From Eremomyces bilateralis CBS 781.70 (Eukaryota): DNA of 64,000 nucleotides. Shown here piece after piece: positions 11,665 through 23,575 of this stretch. A program made the translations under genes and the position numbers. The DNA lies in NCBI GenBank assembly GCA_010015585.1, contig ML975151.1; one strand, 5' to 3'. The number at the start of each line of letters is the position of its first letter. Position 1 is the first letter of the stretch. The notes under the pieces are model-generated. The model searched no databases, was not told where the DNA came from, and worked only from the letters and a program-made list of their open reading frames with translations.

Positions 11665-12807
11665 CTATGCCTCATTTACATTCACCACCAACTGTCCCTC
11701 CTCCCCCGTCCCCTCCTCCACCGTCGTCCCCAATTCCCCACTCAACCCCCGTATCTTCTCCGTCACCCACTCATGATCCGCCTCCTCCGGCCCCAACCGC
11801 TCCGCCCTGAACCTCCGAATCGCCGTCGGGAACACCTCCAGCTTCTTGACCACGAGCCCCTTCCCCCTACCCTCCCTCCCCTTATCTTCTTTACTCCCCT
11901 CCACCACCACCCTCCACACCGCCCCCAAATCATTCCTCCACCCCCCATCCACCGCATAATCATCCACGAAGTCCCCACAGCCAAACAGCACCAATCTCCG
12001 CTTATACACCTTCACGCCCTGTACATGGTGGCTCGAGTGCCCGTGCACCACGTCCACGCCACACTCGTCGATCAGAAACCGCGCCAGGCCCCGCACCTCC
12101 GCCGCCGGCGTCCACCGGTAATTTGGCCCCCAATGCACCGAGAACACGACGAGGTCCGGCGGGGGGGCATCCGCCCGCGGGGCGGTGAGCAGCGCTTTGA
12201 GTCGTGCGCGAGTGGCGGCCGTGTAGTCGATCATATGCACCAGCCCCGTGTCTTCCCACTCGCTCGGGTGGTCCGTCGCCGCCCAAACATGCACGAAAAA
12301 CGGCCCGTCCCCTCCCTCACTCCCCTCTTCTCTCGGCACCCGCAACACCGCCGGCGTCCATTCTTCCTCCACGGATTGCCGCGCGCCCGCATACGATATT
12401 CCCGTGCCCTCGACGGCGGCGATTGTCTCGCGCAGCCCTGGTTCGCGGAAATCGAGCACGTGGTTGTTCGCGAGGCCGGCGTAGTCGACGTGTGCGGCAG
12501 CGAGGGCGGCGATGTGGGCGGGGTGGGTGCGGTAGGCGAAGGTTTTGGAGGGCCAGGGGACAGGGTGGGTGGTTGCGGCGGTTTCCAGGTTGAGCAGGAG
12601 GAGGGCAGAGGAGAGGAGGAGGGGGAGGGTGGTGGAGAAAGGGGCGGTGAGGGGGTAGGGGGTGAGGGAGGGGGAGCGGGTGATGGCAGTGGAGATTGGG
12701 AGGGTGGAGGGGGAAGGGGGGAGGGGGTGCGGGAGGAGTTGGTCGATGAGGCGGCCGAGCATGACGTCGCCGAGGAAGGTGAGGTGGAATTCGGGGGGGT
12801 GGGACAT
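11665..12807 (-). CDS. CapA/PGA_cap (poly-gamma-glutamate synthesis-like) metallophosphoesterase
   Basis: Intronless. Motifs FLGDVMLGR, LNLETA, GLANNHVLDF, FSVHWGPNY, VHGHSSHHVQG and GCGDFVDDY. First ATG at 12807. Confidence 0.88.
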   Translation of the reverse strand: MSHPPEFHLTFLGDVMLGRLIDQLLPHPLPPSPSTLPISTAITRSPSLTPYPLTAPFSTTLPLLLSSALLLLNLETAATTHPVPWPSKTFAYRTHPAHIAALAAAHVDYAGLANNHVLDFREPGLRETIAAVEGTGISYAGARQSVEEEWTPAVLRVPREEGSEGGDGPFFVHVWAATDHPSEWEDTGLVHMIDYTAATRARLKALLTAPRADAPPPDLVVFSVHWGPNYRWTPAAEVRGLARFLIDECGVDVVHGHSSHHVQGVKVYKRRLVLFGCGDFVDDYAVDGGWRNDLGAVWRVVVEGSKEDKGREGRGKGLVVKKLEVFPTAIRRFRAERLGPEEADHEWVTEKIRGLSGELGTTVEEGTGEEGQLVVNVNEA

Positions 12808-13272
12808 GGTGGGTGGATGTAGGGGAGAAGAGTCTTTGACAGCTGGGAGGAGGGAGTGATAGGGGTCAATTTGAACGGGAGGGTTGAGACTTGTCGACTT
12901 GGAAGGGAAAGGTAGACGGCGTGGACGGAAGGAAATGCGAGGATTGAGTTGGATTGAAGGAATGAAAGGAAAATGATATGTTACCCTCACCAATACCTAC
13001 CGTACTTTATATACTACATGTTCGAGCAGTAGTGATAGCCTCGTGACGTCGACATGGAAAGCTGAACTACAGGTGGAGTTGTGAAATCGAGATGCGGAGG
13101 TGGACTTGGATTTGATTGAATTGATTCGGAACTCCCCCGAAATATTATTCCACCTCATATAATTTCCAACAACCATCCAAAACCCCTCTCTCCTCCGCAC
13201 CCTCAAATCGCCGTGATTCCGCTCGACCAAAGGAGACCTCGCGGCATGAGCGTCCCAAAATGTCCTTCTGAA

Positions 13273-14356
13273 ATGCCACGCCATGCCGATGCATCGGGAG
13301 AGGTCAAACCCGATGCGCCCTCATCAACCCTGGAGGCGCTGCGGAGGCCATCCGTCCCGCGACGACGCTCCATCTTCGCGATCCCCGCGCCAGTGAAGCA
13401 GCTCTTCAATCGGTTTCCGCTGGCAATGTATGATGCGAACGAGTTGCCATTAAGCGCTCCCCGAAGTCGGGAGTTGCTGCGGCTTTATGTGTTTGCGGAC
13501 GGCGGAGGGGACGGCTTGGAGGTGGTGTCGTTTAATCCGAGCTGTCTGAAATATCAGGTATGAATGGCTACCCTACCACTGCTTCTAGAACTATTTCCTT
13601 ACCGCCGTGTTCGGGATTATAGGCATATCTTCGCTTTCGCAATATTCAATTCCGGGTGGTATCGTCCTCGAACCATGCGTCGCCGTCCGGGTCACTCCCT
13701 TTTCTACTGCCAAAATCGGCGGGGACATCAGGAGATTCGCAGTCGTTGGATCCGATTCCTGGAAACAAGCTGGCCAAATGGGCAGATGGCCAGGAATCCA
13801 AATTCGAAGAGCCATCGGACCCGCGATCCGATGCGTATATGGCGCTGGTTGACCATTCAATCAGAAGAGCATGGGTAAGTGGTCACCATCCAGCTCTAGC
13901 TCAATCGCACAAGTACATGAGGCTCACATAAAGATATTGGAACAGTTATATGCGCTCTACCTCACCTCGAATTTCCGATCCGTCATCTGGCCGCTCTACA
14001 TCCTCCCCACCTCCTCCAACTCCCTAGTCCGCTGGTCCATCGGCTACGACCTCCGCAAAGCCGCCGAAGCTGAGCTCCTTAAATTCTCCCCCACCATCGA
14101 CGCGGATTTATTATACCTGGAAGCCCGGGACGCGTTCGAATCGCTCGACGGCATCCTTGGATCCGATACCTGGTTCTTCGGCGCAAAGGAACCAGGGCTC
14201 CTCGATGCGGCGGTATTCGCTTACACGAATTTCCTGCTGGATCCAAACTATGGGAGCGGGTGGACGGATGATTGGTTGGTAGGAGCGCTGGAAGGGAGAG
14301 ATGGGTTGCGGAGGCATCGAGAGCAGATTCGGGAGCAGTATTTCGTGGTCAGCTGA
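13273..14356 (+). CDS. SAM35: Mitochondrial outer-membrane metaxin/Sam35-like protein (GST-like fold)
   Basis: Exons 13273-13557, 13623-13874 and 13946-14356. Motifs IPAPVKQLFNRFPL, SFNPSCLKYQAYLRF, SNHASPSGSLPFLL and WFFGAKEPGLLDAAVFAY. An alternative in-frame ATG lies at 13246. Confidence 0.8.
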
Positions 14357-14828
14357 TATCGCATGTGTTTCGCGTTCCCCTAGCTGTTGCGTGGGCCTTG
14401 GATTTGAGTGGGTTGCGTCCATGGAACGGCGATGTATGCCTTGGGGTTTTGGATTGATATATGTTGTGCTTTTGTGTTCTTGGTGCATGGTTGTGCATGG
14501 CGTATAGGTTGGACAGCTGGCAAGGCTACATGTACAAAAAATCGCGAGCGCAGCAGTCGACAGCACAGATTGCATTCGAGGGGTGAATAGATTCATTTCA
14601 GGTCGTTAGGAACTGTCGAAATAGTAGGGGTTGAAGAAGGTGGCCTAGGAAATGCCATGCATGTACGTTGAAGATCTCAAACTCAATTTAACCTCAAGGT
14701 TTGCAGATCATATATCATCCCTTTGACAGATCCCCTAGATGAGAACATAGCAGGTCGGTCAATTCCATTCATACATCAAATCGAACTGCGGCAACAGCAT
14801 ATTCCGAGTTCCCTCTTTGTGAGCAGCC

Positions 14829-14890
14829 TTCTTCAAGCGTCTCCTTCAAGCGTCTCCTTCAAGCGTTTCCTTCAAGCGTCTCCTTCAATT
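14829..14890 (+). repeat. 13-bp tandem repeat (TCCTTCAAGCGTC), about 4.5 copies
   Basis: Directly visible: ttcttcaagcgtc tccttcaagcgtc tccttcaagcgtt tccttcaagcgtc tccttcaa. Confidence 0.9.
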
Positions 14891-15560
14891 GCTTCTTTCT
14901 CCAGGGTTTCCCTTTCAGACTCGTCAATTATCATCCCGTTAATCATGATTGGACAATACTCCTTAGAATTGCGGGTATTGTTAGGAACGGTAGGTGGCTC
15001 GGGCTCCGCGTGGACCTCCTTGAGGAATCGGTCGACATTTTCCCGATGCAGATCAGGAGATAACCTGATTTCAGGGACGACCACAACGAACTTGATATCC
15101 TTATGAATTTCAATGACGATTTCTTCCTTAGAATCGATGAGGAGATAGCCGCTGATGATCCAAGTGAAGTTTTGACGCTTCTCCGTCCTTGCCCATCATA
15201 TGTGACAATCGTTCCATACGTCGAGTAGTCTCGCAGGATCAGCCGGTTCTCAGCGTCAAAAATCCAGGTAGCAATGTCGGCGACTGACCCCCGGCAACTG
15301 CGGGACAACGATATCGCAGGTCTTTGGATCACATCCAATGATGAACGCAAGTCCGGCTTTGGATCAATGACTGAAAGTCAGTTGGACTCCTTCTTGGAAC
15401 ACATAGGGGAAGCCCGGGAATTCCGGTTCCTCGTCGTCACTGTCAGTCGACGAGGTTGTTACCTCCCGGCTTTGACGGTCAGCGGCAGCATCTCTGAACT
15501 TCTTCACCGGAATATATATTCGCAGCACCAACACCTTCTGGGGAGCGCGGGATGAAATAT
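14872..15560 (-). pseudogene. FHA-domain gene remnant (N-terminal part of a fungal FHA-kinase-type gene)
   Basis: Reconstructed as QLTFSH*SKAGLAFIIGCDPKTCDIVVPQLPGVSRRHCYLDF/DAENRLILRDYSTYGTIVTYDGQG/EKRQNFTWII, which has the FHA SRxH motif plus one stop and two frameshifts. No kinase domain follows. Confidence 0.7.
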
Positions 15561-16589
15561 AACTGGCATATCCAGAGGGCGAGACGCTATGAGTCAAAAC
15601 AGGCACATGGAGTGGCATCAGAAGATGGGGCCCTTGACGAAACAATTGGCACCCAGGATGGGCGGTACTGTATTCATGACTCTGGAGCAGACATCCTAGC
15701 CTTCAACTACCCTTAGCCATCGCCTTACTTAGATTTGAATAGAACTCTCAAAGTATAACTGACAGAACTGGTCCTTATCTTCTAGACAGGTTATAGAGAT
15801 TGAAGGTGATTGGTTGCAGCGCATCGAGAAGACCTCGAAAACACCAATTTTAAAGGTATACTCAGGTTCCCAAAGTACCCGTTTAAGTAAACAATATTCA
15901 AATAAAATCCCATGGTGCGTTGAAATCCTAGCGGCACCGGAAATGTCAAATGTCATCCCCCATGACACTGAAAAGACTGAAATTGAGATGAGTCACAGGT
16001 TGCTGCCTTGGGTGTCAACCGTACTTCGCGACGCGGCCTGGGCGGAAACCCAAACGCGTTCCTCCCGTTACTATTACGTTTCAACCGATCGACACCACAG
16101 ATCACAGAAGCACTTGTGAATGGCTAGACCATGTGAATCGAGTTATACCATACTCCCCCCTCAATTACCGCAAGGAGAATTTCGCTTCTCTGCACAGTCA
16201 GTTCTCACAGTCCAAGTCAGACGTCAAACTTATCAGTTCCGAATACTCATTGCAGACACCGAGCCTGTTAGCAAGAGCTAAGCAGCTAGCTGCATACCGA
16301 TGTGACATTTGCAGTTTAGCCACCGTGAATTCTTTCCTCGTCAAGTCTAGCGCAGATTGACTTCTGTGTCATATCCCATAAATTACGACGAGCAGTCATG
16401 TCTAGAAGAACCGCCAATTCAGGAGTTGACAAGATTATATTAGACCGTGAAGAGCAGGAGGACGCTAGAAGGAACTTAGCATCAATTCATGCCATTGACT
16501 CGTTTTCAAGTACCGACACCATTGCTCTGGATATCGATCCTGCCGTACTAGTAACTCTGTCTCAAAACACTCCCTCTCAATTCTCAGGC

Positions 16590-17516
16590 ATGGCTTCATC
16601 ACCAGTCTCCGTTCAACAATCCAGATCTCCTAAACAAGCAGAGCTGAAAGCCGGAGACAAGCTGGTTGTCAACATGTCCACCAACGAAGCCTATGATCAG
16701 TGGGCCTCAGTCTACGACAGCGACGGCAACATCCTCCAACAAATGGACGACCTCCAACTCACCTCTCTCCTCCCAGAATTGTGTAAGAGCCTCCTCGGAA
16801 CTCCACCAACCCCAACATCCCCCCAACGACCTCTCATCATCGTCGACCACGGCTGCGGCACCGGCCGCAATACCATGAAGCTCCTCGCCTTCCCCTGGCC
16901 CCCAAATCGCCGCGTGCACGTCGTTGGCATCGACGCCTCCACCGGCATGCTCGGCGCCGCAAACGCAAAGATCGCTCACGCCGTCAACGCGCGCCAGATC
17001 CCTACCACTGTCACCTACAAGCTCATCCAGCATGACTTCCTCCACCCCTCCAACCCCTCCTCCGCGCCCATCGCGCTGAACACGACCGCGCTGCTCCCGC
17101 CCGACTGGTCCGGCGCGGTCCCCACCCACGAAGGCATCGCGGACGCGGTCATCTCGACGCTAGTGCTGGAGCATTTCCCGGGACAGGCATATTTCTCGTC
17201 GATCGAGTCGTTGCTTGCGCCGGGGGGGCCGGGGTTGGCGCTGGTGACGAATATGCATTCGGAGATGGGGAATCTATCGCAGGCTGGGTTTCAGAGCACA
17301 GGGCCAGATGGGAAAGTGGTGAAGGTGCGGGGAGTGAGTTATGTGCATACGGTGGAGGAGACGGTGGAAGTGGCGCAGGGGGGTGGGTTCGTGCCTGTGG
17401 AAGAGGTGAGGGAGGCGACAGTGGATGAGGGGATGGTTGAGATGCTGGGGAAGAGGAGTCAGAAGTGGGTGGGGGTGAGGATTTGGTATGGAGGGATTTG
17501 GAAGAGGGATTCGTGA
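16590..17516 (+). CDS. Class I SAM-dependent methyltransferase
   Basis: EAYDQWASVYDSDGNILQ, motif I IVDHGCGTGRN, GIDASTGML and ISTLVLEH. Start at 16590 preferred; an in-frame upstream ATG lies at 16398. Confidence 0.88.
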   Translation: MASSPVSVQQSRSPKQAELKAGDKLVVNMSTNEAYDQWASVYDSDGNILQQMDDLQLTSLLPELCKSLLGTPPTPTSPQRPLIIVDHGCGTGRNTMKLLAFPWPPNRRVHVVGIDASTGMLGAANAKIAHAVNARQIPTTVTYKLIQHDFLHPSNPSSAPIALNTTALLPPDWSGAVPTHEGIADAVISTLVLEHFPGQAYFSSIESLLAPGGPGLALVTNMHSEMGNLSQAGFQSTGPDGKVVKVRGVSYVHTVEETVEVAQGGGFVPVEEVREATVDEGMVEMLGKRSQKWVGVRIWYGGIWKRDS

Positions 17517-18146
17517 GAGGATGTGGAGATATATCAGTGAACTGAGAGGGTAGATCTTTCGGGGGATGACTTTATGTAAGACGGCCTCTCCAGCAATATC
17601 CATCAGTTTATAATGGCATGAGGTTCCAAAAGCTTGCTGTTTTCGGCATATCGGCTGAATAGAATTGTTGTCTTCACCATCCAGCTTGACAGACCTTCCA
17701 AAACTGGACATTCAATAGTATGAGCTACCAGCTTTCGGACAGAATGGCTGTTGTTTCAACAAAATGCAGGTTACGGTCGGAGGTACGACTGCACTTAGAC
17801 TTACTTCGTACACTCCCCGATTGATCGCATTATGTATACGCTCTCCTCAAGAGACGCACCCTGTTGTTAAGTGTTACTTCCTCAACCCTCAACGATAAAT
17901 GGCATCTCACTGTCATTCATGGAAAAAGATATTGGATGTTGGGTGAGGCCTGAAGCCGTAGAGGTGTACTTCGTCCGACTATTTGAACCACACCGCCAAT
18001 ATAATTGTATGTAGCTCCTTGTTGGCATGACTTCCAACCACGGATTCCATTTCCATGACAAGGGAACGCATTGTGAGCAATTCCCTATTGACCTCGCAAT
18101 CATGGCACAAAGTACGACGGCGTCATCCCTCGTCCCATCCCGCACA

Positions 18147-18850
18147 ATGGCCGCATCATCAACGGGCCTCCGCTACCCCTCGAACAAAAAGACCATCTAC
18201 GACCGCAACATCAACCGCACCAAAACCTCCGAGCTCAGCCGCGCTGCGTTCGCATACCTCTTCGTCGAGATGATCACCTACGCTCAAAGACGAGTAACTG
18301 GCATCGCTGACCTCGAGAAGCGGTATGGCAACTCCCCCCATGCTCCACGTGTACAAATCGAACTATAGCTCACAATCCTAGCTTAAACACCCAAGGCTAC
18401 CCCCTCGGTCTCCGCCTCCTCGACCTCCTCCTCGCCCGCACCGCCTCCTCTGCTACCACCTCCCCTGCCAACCTCCGCCCGACCCGCATCCTCCCCCTCC
18501 TCCAATTCATCCACACCACCCTCTGGCGCCACCTCTTCGGCCGCCCCGCCGACGCCCTCGAGCGCAGCGCCGCCAACGCCGCCGAGTACATGATCAGCGA
18601 CAACGACCCACTGGTCAACGGCTACGTCAGCGTGCCGAAAGAGATCTCACAGCTGAACTGCGCGGCGTTCGTGGCTGGGGTGATTGAGGGGGTGTGTGAG
18701 GGGGCGGGGTTCGCGACTGATGGGGTGTCGGCGCATTGGGCGGAGGGGGCGGGCGGGGGGGAGGATATGTGGCCGGGGAAGACGATTTTTTTGATTCGGT
18801 TTCGGGAGGAAGTGATGGAGAGGGAGGAGATTTTGGGGAGGGCAGGGTAG
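18147..18850 (+). CDS. TRS31: TRAPP complex subunit Trs31 (TRAPPC5, Bet3 family)
   Basis: Exons 18147-18322 and 18382-18850. Motifs TIYDRNINRTK.SELSRAAFAYLFVEMITYAQ, EKRLN.QGYPLGLRLLDL and SVPKEISQLNCAAFVAGVIEG. Confidence 0.92.
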
Positions 18851-19183
18851 GTGATGGGGTTCAGGGTAATGGTCGCAGGGGATTTATATCCCGAGTTGTT
18901 TATGATTAGCATTGCGAGGCGTTGGTTATGGTTGCTGGTGTCCAGCATGGTGAAAGCCATCTAGATTCTGGGGCTCTCCGCTTATTTTCGAATAAAGAGT
19001 ATATTCTTGCTATCCTACAGATTGCTGCTATTCAAAGACATATCGATGAGCGTACAATGCAACTTTTTGATATCCTATCCAAGACATACACCCATGAAAA
19101 ATCCGTTCTAGAACCGCCCTATAGATGCCGTTTGAACCGTACCTCAGAAGTAGAACAAGCACCTAGCGGTCATCTCCACGAGC

Positions 19184-20103
19184 TTAAGCTTTAGATTTCT
19201 TCGTTCCACTGCTCTTCGATCTCTTTGCCTCAGGTCGGTTAACATGATGCGCCGGAATCCAGCTCTCGTCATAGCCCTGCGCGCCAGTAGTCGTTGCCAC
19301 CGGCCTGGGAGTCTCCGGCTTCCGCGATTTCGGCGCCGACTTCTTCGGGAATAGCGGCGCCACCCAGGTGTTGTAGATGAAGGCGCAGGTTGCCACGAAC
19401 ACTCCCGAAAGGAAGACGTAGAGGAAGAGACTAGTTGACATTAGTCCAGAAGCTGAGGTGCGTCGGATGGGCGGGCAACTCACATCTGTGGATCCAAGAG
19501 GCTAATAGGGGCCTCGACCACGCTCACCGTCCCATTGAAAATCGACAGCGTATAGAACCCCGCCTCGTTATCCGTAACGATCGCCGAGAGCGCCAACTGA
19601 AGCTCCTGTGGGTGCATCTCAGTCGCGAACGCATAGGTGAGGTCGACCGTCTCCCCGGCCGGGACTTCCACCCCGTATTGCGTGAACGTCAGGTTGCGGA
19701 CAATCTGGTCGGACGAGGCCTGCGCCAAGGTGCCACCGATGGCGAGCACGTTCGCAGGGAAGTCCTCAGCATTGTTGAACGTGACGACCGCGGTGGTCGG
19801 GTGGCCGTTGACGAGTTTGATGCCGAAGACTTCGGATTCGGGGAAGCTGGCGGTCGCGGTGACGGCGATGGCTCGCTTTTCCGAGCCGCCGCTGACAATC
19901 TCGTCTGCAGCGTTGAGGATCTACGTTGTGAATTAGTGGGATGATCTGGGTACTGAGGTTGACTATTGGGGATTTGGGGACAGCTGGATGGCTGAGGAGA
20001 GCTGGGCGATACATACTGGTATCTCACTGGCAGGGTCAGCTGCTAGTACCTGGGAGAATTGGGTGGCGAGGAAGCCAAGGACGGCAGAGGAAAGGAACCG
20101 CAT
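19184..20103 (-). CDS. IRC22: Translocon-associated protein alpha-like (Irc22/SSR1 family) ER membrane protein
   Basis: Signal peptide MRFLSSAVLGFLA..., an intron, FPESEVFGIKLVNGHPT...FATEMHPQELQLAL...FNGTVSVVEAPISLLDPQ, a second intron, a TM helix, then YDESWIPAHHVNRP. Confidence 0.82.
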
Positions 20104-21100
20104 GGTGATAGCGCGAAGGACTTGACCGGCCTATGAAAGGTTTCTAGAAAGTTACCTGGAGTTGTCGGTTGAGGTGAAGAACAATTGTCGGGAACAGTTG
20201 ATGTGGCTTCATGGATGTGGAAATTCCTATTCGGGCTTAGTTCCCCATGCGAGGACACGGATGCCTGACCAAAATCTCAGTCGGAGGAGGGTCTTCTGCC
20301 TCAGGCTACAATATCCCAGCCGTTCACGGCTTATCTCCGGTAAACTCCGCCATATTCCCTTTCCCCTCAGGCACGTGCTCTGAATTCCAGAATAATCGCC
20401 TTGTCGCCTTGTCGCCTTAACCTCCTTCTTTGTTCTCCACGGCCTCTACATCAATCTCCTATCCATTAACTAGATGTCTTTGGTATCTGAGATACGTCTT
20501 ACAATCTCTTTTTCTTCCATACAATCCTCAGAAACATAGCATTGTCTTCTCGATTGTGCTGTATACATAACTTACGAGATTCGATCCAAATCCAACAGGC
20601 TCAAGTCCGCAAGGATTGCTCAACAGAAGCGCCTATCCAACGACTAACTGCATAAGACTCCAATCGCTGAAGTGATAGACCAATATCTATCTATATCTGC
20701 TCGTAGGAAAGATAGTGTCAAACTGGAGTCCGGAAGAATTTATAAAGCTCGCCAGGTCCTCTTCGTTTCATAGACATTTTCGAATCTTCAGCACCGCCTC
20801 ATCACCATACATTTCTGTGATGACCCGGAGACTCGAAATATCGTTGGACCACTTCAGTTCGTAAGACACCCAGTTCCACATCAGTGGTACTGTGTGAATG
20901 ATTCCTTGAATTGCGCTTTCCACAATCGCTCCTTCCAAACCGACTCAGCGCTTGTGTCAACCGGTGTGGTGAATCCGAGTGCTTCTGATCCTCCGCTACG
21001 AGTCACGTTCAAGATTCAACACACGACATCGATCACCTCGATTTCTCCGCGTCTAGAAGGCTTTCTTTCAGATTTAAATAACCCTCCTTTGCTCAAAGTT

Positions 21101-21237
21101 TCTGTCCGCTTCCTCGTTCACTCAATCCTTCAGAACCTTTCCTCACTCACTCACTGTCTCTGGTCCTTCCTCGTTCACCCACTGTTCTGATCCTTCCTCG
21201 CTCACTCAAAGTTTGTGATCTCATCATCGTTCACATC
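21101..21237 (+). repeat. Degenerate ~28-bp tandem repeat (core TTCCTCRYTCAC) directly upstream of the ATG
   Basis: Core copies start at 21110, 21139, 21167 and 21194, with a weaker fifth copy near 21223. Confidence 0.7.
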
Positions 21238-23378
21238 ATGCCGGGACATATCGAACCCGTAGCGTATGATATGGTTGCGTTCTCCTCTACCCGTAACGGT
21301 GCGAGCTCGGGGGACGGAACCCATCTTGCCACGCGTGAATCTCCAGCGACCACTTACTCAGCCCTTCAAGGTGTGCAATCTTCAGGCCCGCCTTCACTTC
21401 GCCTTTGGCAGCGCTACGATGTACTGAAAAGGAACGATGCGGAAAAAAACACCTTGATCGAGGTACTGAGGAAACTCTATTCTGAGCCAACTCAATCACA
21501 TGGTGATGACACACTGACGCTGATAGGAACTGATCTACCACTATCAATCCCTCCAGGAGAAATACGAAAAGCAAACTGATGACCATGATAGAGAGCGCGA
21601 GGCGAACCGCACACTTCAGAAGCGTGAGAAAGACAGGGAGCTCGAGAATCGCCATCTGCATAGTTTGATGGTGAGCGCCGAGCAATTTCACTCTCATATG
21701 TTTATTCATTGTGCGCTCCAGAGAGTGCTTTTCAGAGGCATTGTTTTGCGCAGCTATTCTTGGCCCTACCCTACGGATATGATTATCCAGTGTTGACATG
21801 CTAATATTGTACACCGCACCATTTGATGCCCATTCAGTACCCTCGCGAATGGATGTCGCCTGTTGCAGTCACCCACTAAACTCACTGATGCATTAATCCC
21901 GGCTGACTATTCGACAGAATCGGGATCCGTTTGCTCTTGTGCTACTTGACGGAGATGGAATGATTGTAAGTTGGGGAGGCAACCACCTCCGCACCTAGCC
22001 TGGTGTGTACTCTCGAGTTGTGCTAACAGTTCAAGTTTCATGAGAGGTTCATGCGTGAAGGTGAAGATGGAGGCAGAAAAGCTGCAAATGAACTGCACAA
22101 CCAAATCGCCGAGTACGTCTCTGAAACGTTGCCAAACTTCTCTACCGGCGGAGAGGCACGAATAGTTTGCCGTCTTTATGCAAACTTGAGTGGTCTAGCT
22201 GAAACCTGTCGTCGCGCGGGCCTGATCGCGACCACTCAAGACCTTGAGGAGTTCATGAAAGGGTTTACCCGTGCGAAGACACTGTTCGACTTTGTCGATG
22301 TGGGCTCTGGAAAAGATAGAGCGGATGGCAAAATCATCGGTGGGCAACCCCATTCGCACTCTTCATCGCCTCCACTGACTTGGGCTGAATAGAACACTTC
22401 AAACTCAATCTGTACGATTATCACTGTCGCCAAATCATCCTGGGTTGCTCCCATGACAACGGATATGCTCGCACTCTGGAGGAAATTGTTCAAGCCGACC
22501 TTATCAAGCGAATCACACTTCTTGAAGGTGTCCCGTTCGAAAGAGAGCTTGTCGTCTTACCGTTCCGGAAGCATAAGATCATGAATCTCTTCCGCGAGAC
22601 GAAGATCCTTTCCGTCCCTGATTTCACGCCTAGGGCACCTGTCTTTACGCCTGGAATCCGCGCTGCAGTGATGCATCCCCCTGGGTTCATTACTGCCTCC
22701 CCTCCCGGATATCGTTCTAGTAGCGCTCTAGCCATGCGTCCCGTGGAAAACGGATACCCATTTGCGGCACCACGTTTTTCTAGCCAAGAATTTCCTTCTC
22801 TGGCAGAGAACAAAGCACCTACGTCATTCGCCGAGGCGGTTAAAGCTCCGACCCCTCCTCCAACGCTCAGCTTTCCGATTCCCCTCAAAGCAACTGCCAC
22901 AGTATTCACGCCCAAATCTAACATATCTCGTGCATCCTCGGCGGACGGCGGAAAGCCGTTCTGGCCCATTGATTTCCCGGAGGATATTCCCCGGAATCGG
23001 AAGGGCCAGCGCATTGACGTGCCTGTGGTTCCTTACGACAAGGACCTCGTGAACAAAATCAAGGCGTTGAAACTTTGCAATATTTGGTTCCTTCGAGGCG
23101 ATTGCCCATACTATGCAGATTGCACCCATCAGCATCAATACGAGCCGAGTCGATCGGAAATGGATGCCCTCCGCATCTGCGCGCGCATGGCCCCGTGCCA
23201 GTGGGGTAGTTTGTGCGACGAGATGAAGTGTATCTATGGTCATGTTTGCCCTGCGCCGAAGGCGAAGTCGCACGCAGATGGGTCACATGGGAAGACTTGC
23301 ATCTTCGGATCGGAGTGTCGTTTTGGGCCAGAAATGCATGACATTGACAAGAATATCGTGAGGTTCATGACGGTGTAA
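21238..23378 (+). CDS. CCCH zinc-finger protein with coiled coil and NYN/PIN-like (DUF7923-type) domain
   Basis: Exons 21238-21462, 21527-21670, 21918-~21965, ~22030-22339 and 22393-23378 join in frame. Motifs LVLLDGDGMIF, FDFVDVGSGKDRAD and LGCSHDNGYAR; C-terminal C-x8-C-x5-C-x3-H (CNIWFLRGDCPYYADCTHQH) plus two further CCCH-like fingers. Confidence 0.85.
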
Positions 23379-23575
23379 CGGATCCGGATGGAAAATAACA
23401 TGAAAACTACAAAACAAGATGGGACCACGGAACAGGCGGGTAGGGAATCACTTTACGAATACTCTAGAATGAGGGTGTTTAGCCAGCACATTGAAACAGG
23501 AGACATTATGCCAAAAGTTCGCTGCTATTGAGGACAGAAGTCCTCTTGATATCCAATTAATAGCCCCCCTTTCCT

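Noticed and set aside
14829..14890. Repeat arrays (here and at 21101-21237) as CRISPR-like
   Set aside because: Eukaryotic context, head-to-tail repeats without unique spacers, and no cas genes.
21671..21917. Possible stwintron (nested intron)
   Set aside because: The nested-donor reconstruction I tried breaks the reading frame, while a single intron restores it.
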